A DNA stretch of 64,000 bases from Squalus acanthias (taxonomy: Eukaryota). Below are positions 1-9,463 of the stretch, piece after piece (position 1 is the first letter of the stretch; every line of letters starts with the position of its first letter). The position numbers and the translations under genes were made by a program. The notes beneath the pieces were generated by a model that made no database searches, had not been told where the DNA came from, and saw only the letters and a program-made list of their open reading frames with translations. The stretch lies in NCBI GenBank assembly GCA_030390025.1, contig CM059432.1, positions 34,164,001-34,228,000 of the forward strand, in the 5' to 3' direction.

Positions 1-905
1 GACTTCCCTACTTTTATACTCCATCCCCCTTGCAATAAGGGCCAACAGTCCATTTGCCTTCCTAATTATTTGCTGTACCTGCATGCTAACTTTTTGTGTT
101 TCGTGTATGAGGACCCCCAGATCCCTCTGTACTGCAGCATTTTGTACTCTCTCTCCATTTAAATAATAATTTGATTTTTTATTATTCCTACCAAAGTGGA
201 TAACCTCACATTTTCCCACATTATACTCCATCTGCCAAATTTGTGCCCACTCACTTAACCTATCTATATCCCTTTGCAGATTCTTTGTGTCCCCCTCACA
301 ACTTGCTTTCCCACCTATCTTTGTATCATCAGCAAATTTGGCTACAGTACACTCGGCCCCTTCATCCAAGTCATTAATAAAGATTGTAAATAGTTGAGAC
401 CCCAGCACTTAGCCCTGTGGCACCCCATTAGTTACAGTTTGCCCACCTGAAAATGACCCATTTATCCCGACTCTCTGTTTTCAGTTAGTTAGCCAATCCT
501 CTATCCATGCTAATATATTACCTCCAACCCCGTGAGCTCTTATCTTGTGCAGTAACCTTTTGTGTGGCACCTTATCGAATTCCTTCTGGAAATCCAAATA
601 CACTACATCTACTGTTTTCCCTTTATCAACCCTGTTTGTTACATTCTCAAAGAACTCTAGTAAATTTGTCAAACAAGATTTCCCTTTCATAAAACCATGT
701 TGACTCTGCTTGATTGTATTATGATTTTCTGAATGTCCTGCTATTACTTCCTTAATAATGGATTCCAGCATTTTCCCAATGACAGATGTTAGGCTAACTG
801 GCCTATAGTTTCCTGCTTACTGCCTCCCTCCTTTCTTGAATAGGGGCGTTACATTTGCGCAGGGACCTCTCCAGAATCCAGGGAATTTTGGTAGATTACA
901 ACCAG
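1..905 (-). mobile_element. CR1-clade LINE fragment (RT region of ORF2), runs off window start
   Basis: ORF 481-771 has SQHGFMKGKSCLTNLLEFF...DVVYLDFQKEFDKVPH; a KFADDTK motif lies near 325-340 on the minus strand; frames are broken. Confidence 0.9.
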
Positions 906-910
906 CGCGC

Positions 911-1327
911 GGCTGGCTGCTCAGAGATGAGGGCTATCCGCTCTCCACCTGGCTCATGAATCCCCTCTGCAACCCCTACACTCCTGCCCAGCACTCATAT
1001 AAATGAGAGCCATGCCGTGAACAGGAACATCATCGAGCAGACCATCGGAGTGCTCAAGCAATGGTTCCGCTGCCTTGACCGCTCGGGAGGAGCCCTCCAA
1101 TACTCGGCTGAGTGAGTGTCCCATTTTGTTGTGATCTGCTGTACGCTCCACAACTGGGCCATCAAGAGGGCCCAGCCCTTGTCACCAGGGATTGTAGGAC
1201 CACCTCAGGAGGAGGAAGAGGGAGAGGAGGAGGAGGAGGAGGAAAAGGGTTGAGGAGGAGGCAGCCACTCAATCGGCCTTCCAGAAGGATGGTCCGTGAT
1301 CACCTCATCAGACTGCGGTTCCAATAA
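911..1327 (+). pseudogene. Harbinger transposase C-terminal remnant
   Basis: Reads GWLLRDEGYPLSTWLMNPL...RNIIEQTIGVLKQWFRCLDRSGGALQYS plus a poly-E tail, homologous to 8009-9169; frameshifted. Confidence 0.88.
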
Positions 1328-1492
1328 ATTAAACCCCAGATCTCCGTTGCTCACCACATCCCCATCATTCCATCTCTGTCGCTGGCCAAATCACAGCACA
1401 AAGCTGAAATGAGAGACACCACAAAAGAATCCAAACTGAATTAATAAATTTATCAATAATCAGTGAACATATATTTACAACAACAATATGAA

Positions 1493-3382
1493 CTATTCAA
1501 CCTTGTGTAATCCCTTAGTGCCTCTCGTTACTGTGCCTTTGCCTACTCTAGTGCTCCTATGAAGTGTTGGCCCAGTGGCTGCAGCACAGGCGGGTGGAAG
1601 GCTGCTGAGTGTCCATGTGGGAGACTTCAGATGGCCATGCAGGACGCCCTTGACCACCTGTGGGCCTGGAAGGCCTGGCTGTAGACTGCACCATCTCAGC
1701 ATGGGCGGCAGCAGTCTGGGCTGGCTGGATGACAGGCAGCGACAAGGGCAATGGCGGAGTGGCAGTGGTGGGAGCAGGAATGCTGTCATCCTAAGAGAGG
1801 TCAGTAGGTTCCTGCTCCATTGACCCACTGCCACTCCCCCGGGGCAGCACTTCAGCATCCCTAGCAATCTGTTGGAGCACAGATTGCTGACCTGCTGCGA
1901 CACCGTGAAAGCCCCGGTGGACAGTGGTAGACCCAGCCACGATGGCAGCAGTCAGAACTTGCATGGCATCAAGCTGAGACTGCATGAGAGCAGTCTGAGA
2001 TTGGATGCCACCAAGCATAGACTCCATTACAGCACTAAATGTTGCATAGCTTCTGCCTGTGCTGCAATGGAAGCTGCCAGATCGCCCATCACACGTGGCA
2101 TCAGGTCTGGGTCGCCACGGTCTCTCTGGGAGTCTACCATCCTTTGTAGACTGGAAATGATGGGCTCCATGGTGTGCACAGAGCCTTGTGCAATGTTGGA
2201 AGTGGACTCCTCCATGCTCCTTATCATTGTCGAAAGGCTCTCGGGCACCCTTGCCATTGCACCTATCATCTCCGTGTGCATGGCCATCACCCTTCTAAAC
2301 ACCTCCCCATCGAGGTCCTCATCTGAGTCCTGTGTAGTAGAACTCGCACGTGAACTCGCCCTCTGGGTAGCTGGCCCCCGAGCTACCCTTGCCCCCTGGC
2401 CTTGCTGGAGCCCACTTGTCCCTGGTACCTCACCCTGAGCAGATCCCGCTACTATACTAACCTCTAAAGAATGCATAATGCCAGTATCTGAGCTGGTGCC
2501 TGTGGGTGAGAGATGTGTGTTCTTCCACCTCCTCTTCTCCCGCCTTGCTCGCTACGGTGCCCTCAGAGACAGGCTGCTCAGGTGCTTGCTCATTTTCTGA
2601 AAGCATAAAGGCACAAGAGTCGGGTTAAGGTGAGGGGAGGGGTGCAGGAAGGGCGAAATGCATGCATGCAGCATGATTAGCTGGAAAATGTGAAACACTT
2701 GTGGGGTGAGGGGGAAGTGGGATGTGAGAAGGAGGGGTAGGGATGAACATACCGTTGTTGTCCCCAAGGGGGGTCAACATCGCCTGTGGCCACGGCGCCC
2801 ACCACCTGGCACCCAATAATCTGTAGCACTCTTTCCTCCAGTGCAGACAGTGGTTCGGAGTCGGCTTGTCCCCAACTGTGCACTCCTGCTCCCTCCTGTT
2901 GTGAGCCACCTTGGACTGCAAGAGAAAGGAAAGTGTGTGAGTGAGTGTGGAGCAATGTGTTTGGGTGGTGTGCTTGCTATAGTTGAATAGCTGTCATTGT
3001 GTGCAAGGTGTGAGATGTGAGAATGAGTGTTGGTAGGTAGAGATGTTGGTGGGTGAGTGCTGGAGGTGTGGTGCTTTGGGCAGTGTGTGAAGATGGGCTC
3101 AGATGGTGGTATGTAGCATTTGTTGAAGGATTGACTCACCCTGACCACCCGAGTGAGGTCATTAAATTTCTTCCTCCACCATGTGTGGGTCTTGGGGGCC
3201 ACAGTGTTGCCCGAAATGTGCTGGGCTACCTCCCACCACATGGTGCGGAAGACTTGCAGCGAGGGCCTCCTGCCACTTGTCGGGTAGAGCACCGCCCTCC
3301 GTCTCTCCACAGCGAACACCAATGCCTCCAATGCTTGATCGTGGAATCTGCGGGATCTCTCCCTGGGGCGTGGATCTTCCAT
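1493..3382 (-). pseudogene. Harbinger Myb/SANT-like accessory gene remnant, 3 exons (about 3382-3140, 2915-2753, 2596-1493)
   Basis: MEDPRPRERSRRF...RKKFNDLTRVVR followed by a GTGAGT donor; exons 2 and 3 are homologous to the intact gene at 9464-11421; frameshifts and stops present. Confidence 0.85.
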
Positions 3383-3729
3383 CAGTACAGCTGCTTGAGT
3401 CGTCCGGCTCTTTCTACGTGACCTGCAGCAGCTTGTTCAGCTAGCAATGCTGGGAATGAGGTCCTGCAGCATCAATGAACCACCCCTTTAAGAACTGAGA
3501 AAAGCCTGTGGCAATGATGACTAGCGATTAGACTGCACCTGATATTGGTTCACCCGTTGAGTGTAACGCCAATGAGCTTGGGCTTTAAGGCTTGAATTAG
3601 CGCCCCAATCATTTCTTTGAGCAGTGAGATTTAATTTTGCGTCCAGTCTAAAGCATTAGCACCTGGCGCTAATTCTCCAGCTTTTCTAATTTGACTGCCT
3701 ATTCCTGGGCTATAATGAATTTCTAGCCC

Positions 3730-3932
3730 ATAGAATCTTACAGCACAGGAGCAGGCCATTCGCCCCATCATGGCTGTGCCAGCTCTTTGAAAGAGCTATC
3801 CAATTAGTCCAACTCCCCCACTGCTTCCCCATAGCCCTGTAAATTTTTCCTTTTCAAGTAATTCCCTTTAGAAATTTACTATTGAATCTGCTTCCATCAC
3901 CCTTTCAGGCAGTGCATTCCAGATCATAACAA
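3730..3932 (-). mobile_element. CR1 LINE 3' end fragment
   Basis: Reverse complement of the typical CR1 3' end (gaatggcc...ctcctgtgctgtaagattctatg), similar to 22105-22340. Confidence 0.65.
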
Positions 3933-4590
3933 AGTAATTCATTGTACGTGAAGCACTTTCAGATGTTCCTAAGGTACGAAATACAACTTCTTTCTATTTA
4001 CAGTTTAAGGTAAACTGGTACAACCGGGGGGGGGGGGGGGTCACCGGTAGAGGGCATCTGAACTGCAAGATTTATGTTAAATCACACAAGTGTTTGGTCA
4101 TTTATCTTCTGTATTTCATGCATTCACTTAGGTTTAAAGTTTTACACTCTATTGTTGTTTTCATTTTAAATTTTCTACCCCTGCCATCCCCCCCCACCCC
4201 ACTATCAAAAGATGATTTCTTGGATCTGACTCACGCAGAAATTATGCCAGAATCTACGCCAGTTTTTACACCGATCTTGCCGACAGGAACTTACACCCAA
4301 ATTTTTTTGGGAATTGCATCAGCAAATGCCGGCATGTAAACACTGGCGTAGAACAAGTGGGAATCAGCGTGAAAGAAAATAGAGCCTGAGGCAAGCTATG
4401 CTCAATTGGTAACACTCTCACCGCTGAGTCAGAAAGTTGTGGGTGTCAAGTCCCACTCCAGAGACTTTGAGCAAATAATCCAGGCTGACACTTCAGTGCA
4501 GTACTAAGGGAGTGTGGGAAGGTGCTGTCTTTCAGATGAAAGTGAGAAGTCGCACAACACCAGGTTATAGTCCAACAGCTTTATTTGAAA

Positions 4591-4628
4591 TCACAAGCTT
4601 TCGGAGCGGCTGCTCCTTCGTCAGGTGA
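4591..4628 (-). ncRNA. Minimal type I hammerhead ribozyme motif (Penelope pseudo-LTR type)
   Basis: Minus strand reads UCAC-CUGACGA-A-GGAGC-agcc-GCUCC-GAAA-GC-UU-GUGA: stem I UCAC/GUGA, conserved core, stem II GGAGC/GCUCC, palindromic AAGCUU in place of stem III. Confidence 0.7.
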
Positions 4629-4656
4629 AGTGAAGAAATACAAATGGGCACAGCAT

Positions 4657-4698
4657 ATACCTGAGGAAGGAGCAATCGATAGCTCCGAAAGCTTGTGA
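4657..4698 (+). ncRNA. Second hammerhead motif, stem I partly degraded
   Basis: auac-CUGAGGA-A-GGAGC-aaucgaua-GCUCC-GAAA-GC-UU-GUGA. Confidence 0.5.
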
Positions 4699-5055
4699 TT
4701 TCAAATAAAACTGTTGGACTATAACCTGGTGTTGTGCGACTTCTCACTTTTGTCCACCCCAGTCCAACACCGGCATCTCCGCATCTTTCAGATGAGACAT
4801 TAAACCAGGCCTCTCAGGTGGATGTAAAAGATCCCACAGTACTATGTAAAGAAGAACAGGGGAGTTCTCCCCAGTGTTCCAGCCAATATTTGTCCCTCTA
4901 CCAACACCTGAAACAGATGATCTGGTCATTTATTTCATTGCTGTTTGTAGGAGTTTGGTGTGTGCACATTGGCTGCTGTGTTTCCTACATTACAACAGTG
5001 ACTGCACTTCAAATGCATTGGCTGTAAAGCGCTTTGAGACGCCCTGAGGACATGA

Positions 5056-5293
5056 CATTTTTTTATGCAATGAGTGGTTAGGATTTAGATTGCACTTCCT
5101 AATAGGGTGGTGGATACAGATCTAATAGTAGCCTTCAAAATGGAATTGGATAAATACTTGAAGGAGAAAAAATTGCAGCTATGGGGATATAGGGAAAGAG
5201 TGGGGGAGTGGAACTAACTGGATTACTCTTCAAAAGAGCAGACTCAATGGAGCGAGTGGCCTCCTTCTGTGCTGTATTATTCTATGATTTTAT
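5056..5293 (+). mobile_element. CR1 LINE 3' end fragment
   Basis: Degenerate RVVRI...AFKMELDKYL coding remnant plus tail ggcctccttctgtgctgtattattctatgattttatga. Confidence 0.7.
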
Positions 5294-5918
5294 GAAAGGT
5301 GTTATATAAATGCAAGGTATTTCTTTGTTTAACATCTTCCTTCTTTAAGTCCCTCTTTATCTTAATAATGTTATGAAAATTAAGTGTGAAGGCATCAGAC
5401 CATCAGTTATGCACATTAAGCAAAGTATGTTAAAAAAGTGGGCATTTTTCTACATTAAAGATGCTATATAAATGCAAATCGTTGTTGCTATATATGAGTG
5501 TACAGCATAATTCTCAGATTTTTTTAAATTGTAATGAGGAACTGAAGATCCCTCCGACTGACAGCAAGCCCGAGATTGTCAACTCATTTGTTTTAATGTT
5601 TGTTGGGAACTAATAGGTGCTTCCTGCTAAACTTTGCACAAGGGAGCACCAGGTGCCATTAATGGGCTGCCAGAAATCACTTCAGCCTCTGTCCTATTGG
5701 GTGCGTTGGAAGAGATGATGCCTTAATTCCTGGATTATGGACTTCAATGCCAAGTGATCAAATTTGCAGATGATACCGAATGAGGAGTGGCGGTGGATTT
5801 GGTAGAACCAGCTCAGAAATTACAGAACGAGGTTAGTAAGTGGACACAACAGTGGGAGATGAAATTCAATGCAGGCAGGTGTAAAGGAAGGAAAAAGAGA
5901 CAATGCACGTGCTCTATG

Positions 5919-6007
5919 GGGGTGAAATCCGATGTCGGCGGCAGTGCAAGACAGGCAATAGCAAATCGGCAGCCCGTTTTACACCCCACCCAATTTTCTT
6001 TTCCATT
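5919..6007. mobile_element. Left half of a small palindromic Harbinger-type MITE (family of 43235-43406)
   Basis: Starts GGGGTGAAAT; shares aatcggcagcc.gttttacacc..cccaattttctt with the copy at 43235. Confidence 0.6.
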
Positions 6008-6319
6008 CACAGAATCCCCACAGTGCAGATAGAGGCCATTTCGGCCCATCGAGCCTGCACCGACACATATCCCACCCTATCCCCGTAACCCCACGTATTT
6101 AATCCCCCCTAACACTAAGGGTCAATTTTATCATAGCCAAATCAACGTAACCCGCACATCTTTGGACTGTGGGAGGAAACCGGGGCACCTGGAGGAAACC
6201 CACGCAGACACGGGGAGAATGTGCAAACTCCACACAGACAGTCATCCGAGGCCGGATTCGAACCCGTGTCCCTGGCGCTGTGAGGCAACAGTGCTAACCA
6301 CTATGCCACCATGCTGCCC
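6008..6319 (-). mobile_element. HE1-like V-SINE
   Basis: Reverse complement of a tRNA head (ggtggcatagtggttagcactgttgcctcacagcgccagggacacgggttcgaatcc) and V-domain (tgtggagtttgcacattctccccgtgtctgcgtgggtttcc). Confidence 0.85.
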
Positions 6320-6608
6320 TATGAACAGTGTTGAACTAGCCAAGAGTGAAGCTGAAAGAGACCGAGGAATCTTAGTAAACTCCACCCCAAACGGTCCAAC
6401 CAATGTAGAGCAGCAATCAACAAAGCCAACAGGATGTTGAACTGTATAGTGCAACAGTACAGTACAGATCAGAAGTGGTAATGATCAAGCTCTACAGGGC
6501 TCTGGTCAGACCACACCTTGCTCACTGAGCCCAGTTCTGGTCACTAAGAAATAAGAGAGATATTCGAGCACCAGCGGAAGTGCATAGAGAAGCCAAGGCT
6601 GATCCTTA

Positions 6609-7455
6609 GGGCTGGATTTTGTCAATGGGGGCGCGTTGGGGGCGGGACTGCTGGTTGTTGGGTTTCAGTCCCGCCCCCAACAACGTCTGGCCAACCCACG
6701 CTATTTTCCCTTGATTGACCTTGTTAAGCCCACCCTGCGGGCTTACCGGCCAATTAAGGGAAAGCCGGTGACATAGGACGTCAGCGAATAACGTTTCATC
6801 TGTCGAAAAATTTTTGACAGATGAATTGTCAGCATTTGACAGCTTTGAGAAGCTGTCAAACACTGACAATCTCTGTTCTAAGGTGAGCCCTTGCACAGAA
6901 GGCTCACAAAAACCTCTTTCCTCAGCAGAAATCAGATGGCTGCTGCATCTGAGAATGCAGCAGCAATTCTGTCATCTCTGCCATTGAGATGAGGCACCTC
7001 CGGATCCTCAAAGGTTGAAGCCTGCAGAAAAAAACAAAGGTGCGGAAACTTTTTCCAACACTTTGCACTCACCTCTCATACTTACCTCTCCACACTTGCA
7101 CCCATCACTCACCTCTACAGCGGACTTTTCGATCCCTCTCACCCCTGCAGACCCACTGCTCACCTCGCTGACCCTGGCGAGGTTCGCAGCCGTCGGGAAG
7201 CCCGCACTTGCAGGGGTAAAATGGGGATAAGTCTCAAAACTGCCTGTTAACTACCTGTTAACAGGCAGTTAATTGGCTCCAATCCCCTTCCCGCCTCGAA
7301 GAGACGGGTCCCTGCGAGAGTCGGGGACCCGCCTCCCGGGAAGATGGCCACGGAGGCGGTTTGGGAGCGGGGTCGGTAGCCGCTCCCAGTTTCTGCCATT
7401 TTCCCGGCAGTCCCGCCTCCAAACCCGCCTCCCCAGGGCTAGGAAAATTCCCCCC
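6609..7455. mobile_element. Harbinger-type MITE (related to 39628-40456 and 48322-49166)
   Basis: Ends GGGCTGGATTTT and AAAATTCCCCCC; body is homologous to the two other copies; flanks TTA/ATT do not match exactly. Confidence 0.8.
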
Positions 7456-8008
7456 ATTGTGTCAAGGGTCTGAGTTATGAGGAAAGACTCGAGAGACTTG
7501 GGGGTAAAAATTCAGTTGGTTGCGCCTCCCGTTAGCGCCTTAAATGGGTGCTAATGGGGCGTTAAGGCGCTAACGCCTGGGCGCAGCGCTGTTTGCGCCG
7601 CTCGAGAACTTAACTTGAGATTGTGCGGCGGCGCTAAAACTTACCGCTGCGACCACCTGCGCGCGCAGATTGTGACGTCATTCTGTGGTGCAACGCCCTT
7701 GGGGCGCCCCAGAGCGGAAATTGAGTGGCGCCCCCTGCCTTACCGCCTGGCGCTTCCAACGACCGGAAGACTGGAACGTTATCAATCGGTCTGGGGCTGG
7801 GGGGGGCGCTATTTAAAGGGGGCCTCTTCCTGTCTTTTTCTGTGGTCGACATTTATGCACCACTCGTTCTGAGAGAGAGAGAGAGATTCGGAGAGAGAGA
7901 GAGACTTCTACATTGACTCAACGCTTTGTGAGGTAGTTTTGCCTAGTTCATCCTAACTTTGCTGCTACTTTCGTTGCTGTACCTCATTACTTTTCTGGCA
8001 AAGAGAAG

Positions 8009-9169
8009 ATGGGGGCTGCAATGATTGGGGGCGTCGTCCTGCTCCAGCTCAATCGGAGCAGAGTGAGACGCAGACAGAGAGTGGCAATGATGGCCAGACG
8101 GAGGAGGCCCATCAGGCGCATGTACAGGAGAGCTTACCCTCCCAGGGTATATCGTGAACAGCTCTCCTACATCCACATGTCCGAGGAGCTGTGTTTGCGA
8201 AGGCTGCGATTCAGCAAGGAGGTGGTCACTGAGCTCTGCCACCTGCTGCAGCCAGATCTGCAGCCTCAGCTGAGGTCCAGGACGTCTCTGTCGGTGGCAG
8301 TGAAGGTCACAGTGGCCTTGAACTTCTACGCCACTGGCTCATTCCAAGCTGCTGTTGGGGACCTCGCCAATATCTCCCAGTTTGCGGTGCATCGCTGCAT
8401 TCGGCAGGTCACCAATGCCCTCTTCACAAGGAGACGAGACTTCATCTCCTTCCCTATGACCCCAGACAAGCAGCATGACCGTGCTATGGGCTTTGCGAGG
8501 GTAGCGGGCTTCCCCATGGTGCAGGGCGCCATTGACTGCACGCATGTGGCTTTGCGTGCTCCGCGAGAGAATGCAGAGGAGTTCCGGAACAGAAAGGGGT
8601 TCCATTCCTTGAATGTGCAGTTGGTCTGTGACCACAGACAGGTGATTCTCGCTGTCAATGCCCACTATCCGGGCAGCTGCCACGATGCTTTCATCCTGCG
8701 CCAGAGTACTGTGGCAGAAATTTTCGAGGCACCGCATCAGCCAGTTGGTTGGCTTCTGGGGGACAAGGGGTACGCATTGAGCACCTGGCTGATGACACCG
8801 CTCCGTGCGCCAAACACCCCTGCTGAGCTGCGGTACCAGGAAAGCCAACAAGCAACGAGGAACATTATTGAGCGCACAATCGGCGTGCTCAAACAACGAT
8901 TCCGCTGTCTGGACCATTCCGGAGGAGCCCTGCAGTACTCGCCTGAGCAAGTTTCCAAATTCGTAGTGGTGTGCTGCATGTTGCACAACATGGCAATCCT
9001 CAGGACGCAGCCAATGCCACCAGGCCTTGCAGCACCACAAGAGGAGGAGGAGGAAGAGGAGGAACAGGCCGAGGACGATGATCAGCAGCAGCACCAAGGC
9101 AGGAGGGCGGCCCACAATGGTCAAACTGCAAGGGCCGTCCGTCAACGACTAATAGCAAGCCGCTTCTAG
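8009..9169 (+). CDS. Harbinger DDE transposase (HARBI1-like family), 386 aa
   Basis: Uninterrupted ORF with HTH-type region (VTVALNFYATGSFQ) and motifs GAIDCTHV, NRKGFHSLNVQLVCD, YPGSCHDAFIL, LLGDKGY, RNIIERTIGVLKQRFRCL; TATTTAAA near 7810. Confidence 0.95.
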   Translation: MGAAMIGGVVLLQLNRSRVRRRQRVAMMARRRRPIRRMYRRAYPPRVYREQLSYIHMSEELCLRRLRFSKEVVTELCHLLQPDLQPQLRSRTSLSVAVKVTVALNFYATGSFQAAVGDLANISQFAVHRCIRQVTNALFTRRRDFISFPMTPDKQHDRAMGFARVAGFPMVQGAIDCTHVALRAPRENAEEFRNRKGFHSLNVQLVCDHRQVILAVNAHYPGSCHDAFILRQSTVAEIFEAPHQPVGWLLGDKGYALSTWLMTPLRAPNTPAELRYQESQQATRNIIERTIGVLKQRFRCLDHSGGALQYSPEQVSKFVVVCCMLHNMAILRTQPMPPGLAAPQEEEEEEEEQAEDDDQQQHQGRRAAHNGQTARAVRQRLIASRF

Positions 9170-9463
9170 GACCCCTGCCAGTGCTACAAACACGAATCAA
9201 CCCAGCACGCAACCCCTAAGCCGGCCAAGGCACCAATAATTCCAACCACCAGCCATGTATATTTTGAATACAGAAACTTATTTATTGTACAAACTCTGTG
9301 TGTGTCAATTCCTCATGAGAAACTCATAGAAATAAACACCAAAAAACAGTCAATAACATAACTGGTTCTCACAACCTGGAGATAATGTCCAAAACACTAA
9401 ACAAAAGTTGGGCCATGAACCTCGGCCTTTAATAAAAAAATGACCAGCATTTTGGCACACATC

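Larger units (their letters stand above)
911..3729. mobile_element. Decayed, left-truncated PIF/Harbinger transposon (element A)
   Basis: Transposase remnant on + and Myb-like remnant on -; right end AATTTCTAGCCC (3718-3729) resembles the right TIR of the intact element at 7501-11778; left part is replaced by a CR1. Confidence 0.85.
4540..4783. mobile_element. Palindromic Penelope-like element remnant (inverted pseudo-LTRs) with 12-bp TSD
   Basis: Inverted arms about 4539-4626 and 4659-4750; flanked by the direct repeat TCTTTCAGATGA (4528-4539 and 4784-4795); each arm holds a CTGANGA...GAAA core. Confidence 0.75.
4389..5055 (+). mobile_element. tRNA-head Deu-domain SINE (SacSINE1/AmnSINE-like) with nested Penelope-type insertion
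   Basis: Contains gtctttcagatgagacattaaacc...taaaagatcccacagtact...cattggctgtaaagcgcttt; same body as copies at 20545, 41825 and 59060. Confidence 0.75.

Noticed and set aside
8339..9145. 268-aa ORF antisense to the transposase
   Set aside because: Shadow ORF of a GC-rich coding region with no recognisable motifs
8009..9169. Calling this the domesticated host gene HARBI1
   Set aside because: It lies inside TIRs and a TSD with a Myb partner and has decayed paralogs nearby, so it is a transposon gene
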